NCBI RefSeq assembly: GCF_022539665.2
Contig: NC_081331.1
Coordinates: forward strand, 6,386,001-6,450,000
Reading direction: 5' to 3'
DNA from: Daphnia carinata
Taxonomy: Eukaryota
DNA length: 64,000 nucleotides
Each line of letters begins with the position of its first letter. The first letter of the stretch is position 1. The position numbers and the translations under genes are program-made. This document shows, in pieces, positions 55,290-64,000 of the stretch. The notes beneath the pieces are model-generated. The model did no database searches and was not told the origin of the DNA. It saw only the letters and a program-made list of their open reading frames with translations.

Positions 55290-58200
55290 TAGATAGAGGT
55301 GGGAGTGGGATTGGAATTGTTGTGTTGTGATTTTGTATGTAAGGAGGATGATGATGAGAAGTGCGGAGAAAATTGCAGGTAAGAGAAAAAAATAAAAATA
55401 AAAACACGTACATAAAAAAAAAAAAATGTGGAAAGAACGTCGAAGGATAATCATGCACACAACTCACCCGAATAGCCAGCGGATTATCAGTATAATCCAC
55501 CGGTTGGCAACGGTAACTGTAACTATTTGCCCAGCCAGACATGGCTATCTGGAAATAAAATAAAAGCGCGATCGCACCGTCACCAAAAAAAAAAAAAAAA
55601 TTTTTTTTCTTTAATTTCTTTCTTTTTGTGACATATTTCGATTTTTAAAAATTAATTAATTTTTTTGTGTGTGTGCGTTTTTGTTCCTCTTTTTTCAGAA
55701 GAAATTTCCAATTAAAATTACCCTCCCTCAAAAATGATCTATGAACGTCCACTGACATTTCGCTATTGGCGTTCTTTAATTATTTTTTTTATGAGAACAC
55801 TCTTATTAAACAAACAAAAAAAAAAAAACGAGCTGAAGAGAGTGGACCCGTTGTTCTTTCATTGCCCCATCGATTTTTCTTTAAATTTTTTTTTGAGAAG
55901 ATCGTGCACTTCTTCGAGGCATGGTCTCTTTTTGAACAGCATCCAGCAGTAGAGAAGGAAACAGATCGACAGAGCAAAAAAAAAAAAAAAACAAGAGAAG
56001 ATTTTTTAAGATGCAAAACTAAAACAAAAAAAAAGATTGTGCAGGAAAGAAGGAGATATGCCGACATCATCGACGACGTGTGGAATAAAAAGAAAAGTTT
56101 TCCAAGAAGATAATACAACAAAACATTTTTTTTTTTTTTTTTCGAATGTGGTTGTCTCCCCGGCCTATCTAAACAAAAAATGATTTGCACCTGGAATCAA
56201 TCAGCTGGTTGCGACATTTGTAAAAACAAAAAAAAAAAAAAAAAAAAAACAAGACGAAGGTAAGGAGATTCATATGGAAAGGTGGTAGCGTGTTGATCCG
56301 CCCGTGTTTCTTTTTTCGTTTCACCTCAGGTAAGAACATTTCAGCTAGAAATTCGAACACCGAAAGATGCCCCACACAAAATTGATCCTAGCTGTTTAGT
56401 TGTTATCGATTAGTTTTTAAAAGCGAGATTGGACTGTTTTTTTTAATGCGTCCCTTTAAAAACCATGCACCAAAAACACGGCCAAATGCAGTAAAAAGTT
56501 GAACGTTCGTGTTCCAAAAAAAAAAAAAAGAAAAGAAAAACAATTTTTTTTTTCTTTTTCTTTTCCAGGTAGAAAAAAAATTTACAAAGATGGAATGCTT
56601 CCAAAGCGGAGGCTGGGAGGGGGGGGGGGAGGGAACGTTCTTTCACTAGACCAAACCGACGCTTGTCTTGTTTTAATATTTCATGTTTTTGGAGGACTAC
56701 AAAATTTTGGAGGATTTTTTTTTTAAATATTTAAATCCTTTTTTTTTTTTTTTAAATCAAAGAAAATTAAAGATGGGACTGCTTCTAAAAGGTGGGGCAT
56801 TTAATTTTTTGACAGAAAAAGAGGGCGGGGCATATTGAAGAAAATTCAAAACTCACCCTGACGGCCATTTCGTCAAGGGAATAGTCAACTGGTTGACACA
56901 CAAAGCTATATCCATGGAACCAGCCCCCTCTACCGTACTGCGAAGAAGAAAATCACAAAACAACACAAAACAAAAAAAAACAAAAAAAAAAAAATACAAA
57001 CGGATTATTATCATTAAAAAAAAATGGATGGGATTTTTTTTTTTGTGGCCTGTTGTTTTCCCTCGAGTTGGATCCATCACAAGACGAAATGTTTTTTTTT
57101 TTTTAAATTGCTCCTCTTAACGACACAGATTCTTTGTGTCCGTGATTTAAATCACACGGAACGTCTATCTGCCAACCAAAAAAAACCGATGCCTTGACGG
57201 GCCTTGGTGGATAGGCGAGGTGAGGATCAGGTGAAAGGATCGGGAAAGATGGGGCTGGAAGAGAGTATAGGAAAAGACCAAAGTAAAAGGAAACTTTAAA
57301 AAAAACCCAGAAACATTTTCAAATAAAACCTTTGGAAACATCGGCACAGCTGAGAGAGAGAAGGCCCCCCCCTCCCTCACCATATCCTCCGATTCAAAAA
57401 TCATTCCATTTCGTAATAATTTTGTGCTCCCCAAGATTCTGACGAGAATTAAAAAAAAAAAAAATGAATAAAATATAGTAGGAAAAAAAATGAATAAAAA
57501 TAAGTATTTTGAGGATGTAGTACAAAGTGTTAATAATAATCTAATAAAAAAATGAACGTGAAAAGCTTGTCATCCAGATGGCCAAGGGGAATGGTAGTGA
57601 GAGGCATTTTCAAATAAATAAATTGAAAAAAAAAGAAACTCGTCGGTGGGGGGTCAGAGAGGTACCAAAAGCAACGAATAAATACACCCGAGTCAATATA
57701 ATAAAAGCAGATGAGATAAGAAATGTTTGAAATTAAAAAAAAAATGAATAAATTATCGACCTTTTTTTCTGTTCGATTTTTTTTTTTTCAAAAATTTAGT
57801 TTTAAACGTTGGGTCTTCAAAAACGTCTGTCTTCGACGAACACTCTGTTTTCGAATTATTTTTAAACTCAACGTCGTTCTCGTAGTTTATGTGACGCAAT
57901 CTTTTCGTGTAGTATGTGGAGGGCCGATTGAATTCAAAAAAAAAAAAAAAAAAAATTGGGGAGATAGAAAGTGTGGGCCAATTTTACTTTGATGGAAATC
58001 TTTCTTTAAAAAAAAAAAGGAGGTCATAGAGAGAAAAGGGAGAAAGAGAGAGAGAGAGAGCGATATTGCAGACACAAAATACAAGACTCACCCGAATGGC
58101 AATAGGATCGTCACTATAGTCAACTGGTTGGCACTTTAAACTGTAGTACTGTAGCCATCCACCCATCAGCGACTGTCAAGACGCATACAGATTTGTTTTT

Positions 58201-60162
58201 GATCAAAAACGATTCATCATTTCATTGACAAATCAAAAAAAAAATTCATTTTCGTGATTCGACGACTCATTCCACCAAGTCCACACCGTTTCGTCTCCCC
58301 CAATGTTATCAGTCTGTCCTTTTTTTTTTTTTTTTAAATCTTTCAATTCAATTGCACCGTCCATTAAAAAAAAAAAAAATACGTTAAGTAGCCCCCGTTG
58401 TTTCCCTTGTTTGCCCCACCCCCCTTCCAACGATACAAACAACCACAACAACTAAGTGTCAAGAAAAGAAGAGGAATAGAAATAAAAATAAAATAAAAAT
58501 AAAATACTTTTGGAAAGAAGAAAAAAATAAATAAATAATATAAATCAACATAATAAAAAGCGGGAAGGCGGAGGATAGGAAGCGTATTGTGCGTGACTAA
58601 TTGCAAACAAATAAAATTTCAAACGTGCCGCCGCAATGTTGAAAATGAACAGCGGATCCACTTTCCCGACCCAGCCCCGATCTTAAAGAGTTTCGTACAA
58701 TAAATTCGTTCGAGGAATTTAATTGAAAAGAAGGTAATTTAAAAAAAAAATAATAATAAATAAATAAATTTAAAAAGTGGGAGGGGTGAAGGTAATAACT
58801 GAGGTGAAATTTGTCAGGTGTGAATTTTGAAACGGACTTGGCCGAATCGATCAAGGATTTCAGGATATGTTAAGGATACCGGTGTGGACAATATGGTGGC
58901 AGGACGTTTTCAGGTTTTTTTTTTTTTTCATCTTCTTTCCTCGTCAATTCCGATGTCTTAAATTGTTTTGTGTTTATAATTAACTTAACAAAATTGTAAT
59001 CGTGACTTAGGCGTAGAAATGAAACAATCGTATTTTACCTCGTAGAAGAGCCACGTGCTGAAGATGACTTGTATCGCGTTATAGATGACCAAAGTGCGGC
59101 GGAACTGGAAGGCTGGTCGGTCCTTCATGTAGGCGGGTCCCCACACTTTGACGAGCATGACGTAGGTCAAGCAGATTGCCAGCGTCGACAGCGGCGAGCT
59201 CATAAACAGCCAATTCTCCACTCTCCTATCTGATTTTGGCAAACAAATGATTTTATTTTTCGTTATTCTAAACGAGTCCAGACATGTTTTAACATTCAAT
59301 TTTCGTTACGCAAGCCGACAGTCTAATTGAATTAAATTACAAGTCTCTGGGGTATTCCCTGATTAGTTATTAACAATGTGACCCTCGTAAACGTACGGAC
59401 CGTCACGCAAAGGATGTCGTTTCTATTTTTTGTTGTTAGTTACAGACGTTGCCACACGAATCTGCACGCTAACACGCTCGGCCCCAGACAAATGAACTAA
59501 TCAAGTCTGTTACTCATACCCCACCCCCCCCCACCCCAAAAAAAAACAACGTGGTAGATCAAAATCTTAATTCCAGTGAATTGCTAATTTGAAATTAGCA
59601 TTTGTTAGTCAACTTAAATGCGTCTAACAATGTCTGGTATATCAACAACTGACGAACGGGATGAAAACAGCACGACTGACATCATTTTTCCCTATGACGT
59701 CAAGTGGCCAATGGCAAACGTTGAGGATCACGTTTCTCAGCAATGACATTCAACTTGGGCAGAAAAAAAAAAAGAAAAAAAAAATTGAAAGTGCAACACT
59801 TTGTTTGCACCAAATGAAATTCAACCAACTGGTTTGACGCGTTTTGATACGTCATTTCACCTTGCGCACGCAAACAGATAGCGCGTGAACTTGAAAACGA
59901 GTTTACCTCGCATTACGAGGGTTTAGCCCTTCAACGATGACCATTGAACGTGATCCACTTCATTCTCCCGTTTAACTAAATCTTAAAATTTCCGCTTCCA
60001 CTTAAATCGTTTCACGTCTACCCGAAACATAACGATTAGATTTGAAAAGCCCGCGAGAGGGCGGCCATTACGAAGCGGGAAATTTGAATTGAAATGTCAT
60101 TTACCTCTGAGGTCCCATATGCTGTTGTAGCCGTCGACGACGGTAGCCACGAGGGATGCCAT
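53045..60162 (-). CDS. Very-long-chain fatty acid elongase, ELOVL7/ELOVL1-like. Exons 60162-60105, 59229-59039, [3a/3b/3c], 54394-54338, 54267-54025, 53774-53616, 53257-53045
   Basis: [47 protein letters not shown], the HVVHH histidine box, [26 protein letters not shown] and DCNYPK. All junctions are GT-AG and in phase. Confidence 0.95.
53070..53230 (-). repeat. 12-nt coding tandem repeat encoding (NG[H/Y/T][S/T/A])n in the elongase C-terminal tail
   Basis: [35 protein letters not shown]...[14 protein letters not shown]. Confidence 0.85.
55253..55285. repeat. (AG)n microsatellite followed by (ATAG)n
   Basis: Uninterrupted agagag run seen directly. Confidence 0.9.
55468..55548 (-). CDS. Elongase alternative exon 3c ([27 protein letters not shown])
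   Basis: 81 nt, ttccag acceptor, GTGAGT donor, phase 0/0. Confidence 0.9.
56857..56937 (-). CDS. Elongase alternative exon 3b ([27 protein letters not shown])
   Basis: 81 nt, polypyrimidine tract plus cag acceptor, GTGAGT donor, phase 0/0. This reading frame is not in the supplied ORF track. Confidence 0.9.
58092..58172 (-). CDS. Elongase alternative exon 3a ([27 protein letters not shown])
   Basis: 81 nt, cag acceptor, GTGAGT donor, phase 0/0. Confidence 0.9.
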
Positions 60163-62027
60163 GTTGTATCGCTGACTTGTGACGTTTCTAGGTTTTCACC
60201 GGTTGGCGAGAAAAAAAATGTCTTCAGTTTGTCTTCTGCTGATTTTTTTTTTGTGTGCGCGTTGAGTGTTCACCTTTGTGGGAAGAACCACCGCGACGTA
60301 CTTGCGTGGCCCACAGCGGAATGAAAGTCAGAGACCTAAGGGGGTGAAAACAAGAGGACATCATTAAAATGATATCAAAATTTTGAGAATTTGAAGGACC
60401 CAGTGTTGTCAAACTATTTGAAATGATGCAATCAAAATCAGATTTTGATTTCAAACGAGCAGATGTTCACATACGAAGCACAGGAAACGATTTGCATATC
60501 AAACTAACGGGTTGCATCATTTATAGATGCAGACATCATTAAAAAGAAAATAGGGTCAGTGAAAACAGCCGTTGCGTCAGATGGCCAAAATGTTCAACAC
60601 CCAAACAACGAAACGGATCTAGGGTTTTTACCTTTAAGGTGTCAATCACACACACACAAAAAAAAACCTGTCCGAGGAATGTTGTGCAGAGATTTTAAAA
60701 ACAAAACAAAAAAAAAACAAACGCTTGCCTAACTAAAGAAAAAAAAATTGTAAGCAAGCTTTAAGGAACCAGGTCAAACCATGGCTTAGAGCGATGATAC
60801 ACACACACACACGTACACACACACACCACACACACGTAGACACACGCATAGCGCGTCGATAATCAGAAAAGGAGGGGCACAACACACACACACCGAAGGG
60901 TACAAGAAGAATTTTCACCTTTTCAAACCTTCCCCTCCCCCCCCCTACCTGTTCTTCCTCTTTTTTTTTTTCCCTCCTGAGTTTGGGCAACGATTCAAGT
61001 CCGTTCTCGACAGTGTTCCCAAAATGATAGCCATCTCCCCATACTTTGCTTTTTTTTTTCTTCTCTTTTGAAAATGTTGTATGACCCTATTGGCTTCCAA
61101 GTTGCCAAATTGGGCCAATACCGAACAAAATGTTTTGAAAAATGCTGTTAAAAAAAATAAATAAATAAAGCTAAACACAAACAATTGGCTGCGGCGTTCA
61201 ACTCTCTCAAAGTTGGGCTCGATTTCGGCGCTCGCACAAAACCTTCTGGCTAATCGTCATAGACGACCTACATCTTTCTCTGCCTCAACTTTCTCCTACA
61301 TGTTGTGTTACTCTCTTTCTCAACAAGCTATCCATTAGCCAAATATATTCAATACAAAAATAAAAAAGGTTGATTTTCAATTTTCAATGTAAAAGGACAT
61401 TTTTGTTTAAACGGGCTAAATTGAAGAACATCGAAGCTACTAAACCTGATTTTTTTTTTTTTTACCTCCAAGATTAATTAGTAACACTTAAAAAAGATAA
61501 TGTGCCAGGTGTAGCTGCAACTCACTGTCGACTGCACAGATGCGCAACGGTGAGATGGTGGCGCGCACGCGCGCGTTCACTACGACAAGAGGCACAGGTA
61601 AGACGCACGTGGAAATGGGGTCCCTTCTTTTTAAAAGTCGGAGCTGTTGGACGCACAGGTAGAGGGGGAATTAAAAAAAAAAATGGAAAGAAGAAGAAGA
61701 AGAAGAAACAAAAATGTGAGACTGACACTCGGAGAGAGACTGGTCATCGAATCGGCTCATCGGTCCTATATAGTTTGAAATGCCATCGTGACTCCGCCCT
61801 CTTTCCTTTGGCTGGAAGAAGCCAAATGGCTACTTGCTGTCCCACCACATCAAGCCGAGAATTTGCAAAAAAAATAAAATAAAAATAAATACATTTCGAA
61901 CGATCAAGTTCTCTTTCATTGACCTCGGTTATTTCTAGCTACTGTTTTTGCCCATTCTCGGCAGATTCGTCGTGTTGAGACGCTACGCAAAACGATGTCA
62001 ACACGAAACAAATGAATCGCTAAACAT

Positions 62028-62049
62028 AGAGAGAGAGAGAGAGAGAGAG
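62028..62049. repeat. (AG)n microsatellite
   Basis: Uninterrupted agagag run seen directly. Confidence 0.85.
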
Positions 62050-64000
62050 GGACACTCCCTGCGCGTGGATTCGACATTTCTGTGTTGCAAGGCAAAGTGA
62101 ATTCAAGGTGTAATACACAGGTAAAATGGGCAACAGGTAAAAAAAAAAAAACAAATAGAAGGGGGGAAAACCAAAAAGAAAAACCGTGTTTGTTGAAGAT
62201 TGCTAACCCTTAAAAAGAATGCAATCAAGGTTGTCGCTGCCGTTACCGACATGCGTCAAATCCTGTTCCAGTTCTATTAATTACAACCGCACACCTCGGC
62301 AACGATCGAATGTCATTAGCAGCACGTGCACACGAAATTTGAATGCGTGTTTCTAAAAATATATCTCGAATCCTTGAAAGCCGATATGGTAATAAACAAT
62401 ACCTCAGTCTGGACACACTGAAATCAGTGCGAGTTCGATTGGCCTTGGGTATCGATAACCGGATCAAATTACAATTGCCTGTCATTGCTTCCGCTGTGCG
62501 TTGGATTGGAAATGCATTTCAGCAATGCAATGATATCTAGAGATGAACGTTCATTTCGTTCAAACAAATATGAAAAATGAAAGGCAATCGCAAAGATTCA
62601 AGAGCCACTCGAGATAAAAAAAAAAAAAAGTGTCATTCATAGAGAGTTGAGCCAATCAATGTGTGTCGGGATTGTAAAAGAGACTCGTGCCGGATAAACG
62701 AGCTTGAACGCTCGTTCTCGACCAATCAAAAATGAGACACGCTCGACGACGTAATCGATCGTAAATCAATATTGAAATCAAACAGCTTTTGTCCATAAAC
62801 AAATCAATAAAAAAAAAAGAACGGCAAAACAAAATGTGGGTCCCCCATATATACGCCCAACTGTTAAAACTCATCAAGTGCATGGAAATATATATATTTT
62901 TTTTAAAGTGGGCGAAATGAATTAAAAATAAAACCTATTTGACCCTGTGCAAATATGGAGGTCAACTATCTTTCCGGAATGTTTGAGGGCATTTTTTTTT
63001 TACAAAGAAAAGGTGGTTTAAACAAAAATGGATTTCTCAGGTGTCTGACCCCGAAGAACCTCTTAACGTTTCAATCGAAATCCTTAAGTTTAAAAAAAAA
63101 AAAGGGGGGGATTTCTCTTGAGATTGGCATTAAAAGAAAATACAAAAAAGGTCAACTGCTAAATCCTTGGACAAGGAAGCATCTAGACCCTGACCTACCT
63201 ATTTAACTACGTACTTGCTATGTTTTTTTAAATTCCCTTTAATGCCCTAAAGCCGTTCGTCAAAGAAATTTACAATCAACCGGACTTTGCGAACGAGGCT
63301 AGACGGTACACATATTTCACCGACTTTCTATTTGGCAAGCGAAAGTTCAGCGGCGGAAGGAGGAGCAAACACGATGGCCGATGGCAACCGTCCATACAGA
63401 ACAAACGCAATCGATATTGGCTGTACACAAGACCCATAATAAAAAAAAAGAACGTAGAAAATAAGCCGAACGTTTCTACCCGTCTTCACAAATTTATTTT
63501 CACCCGAGATTAGCATTCAAATTGAGCACTCACCGATGGTGATATTTTTAAAAATGTAGGATGTACGTGTAAAGAGGCGTTCATATAAAAAAAAATAGAA
63601 AGTTGCAACTTTGGCACGCTGCTATCAAGTCGATTGCGCGCGGAATTTCAAATTCATTCGATTCGGAAGGATGAAAGAAAAATTCCCGAAATTTCGAAGT
63701 CAAGATAATCAAATATTTGGACAACGTGGTCCCGCGAGTCAATAACACGATATCGATTCGTCAATGCTAATCGTAAAAAATTCACGGCCGTTGCGTCAAT
63801 GTAATGATATCGGTTCCGTTGCCACGGCAACCTTCCGTGTTGCTCTCGCACCCCAATTTCCGGAGATATGACATCACGCGAAACACGCACGACGACCGTG
63901 TTTCATAAAAGCAATAAACGCGCGTTTTAATTTCAAACAAAAAACCGGAATAATAATAAAAAAAAAAAAATTCAGGATAACACCCAAGAATTTATGACGT

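Noticed and set aside
56185..56222. Possible fourth, decayed copy of elongase exon 3 (aaa tgt cg caa cca gct gat)
   Set aside because: Only about 15 nt of similarity, with an indel and a stop, no GW/YS part and no proper acceptor. Compatible with chance.
1..64000. CRISPR arrays, operons or other prokaryotic systems
   Set aside because: The sequence is clearly eukaryotic with spliceosomal introns, and no repeat-spacer array was seen.

Overview
Eukaryotic, intron-rich genomic DNA with many 55-90 nt GT-AG introns. Gene content and compactness suggest a cladoceran crustacean such as Daphnia (inference). Positions 1-6.3 kb are repeat and transposon-like: a (TCGCC)-type tandem repeat, a 326-bp element with inverted ends, two decayed tRNA-like copies, an unassigned spliced ORF and a CACTG-type transposon end. 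Nine recognisable genes follow: UBR4/purity of essence (-), CDK9 (-), NPDC1/cab-1-like (+), GPCPD1 (-), a kraken/SERHL-like serine hydrolase (+), ion transport peptide ITP/ITPL (-), TTC4 (+), importin-13 (-) and an ELOVL7-like fatty-acid elongase (-). The most striking observation is in the elongase. It carries three tandem, homologous 81-nt copies of exon 3 (the TM2/luminal-loop exon) with intact splice sites, in roughly 1-kb introns containing complementary GC-rich islands. This is a candidate mutually exclusive exon array that could switch elongase specificity. UBR4 shows three frameshifts within 2 kb, probably homopolymer assembly errors. Gene identities come from my recall of protein motifs; no database searches were run.
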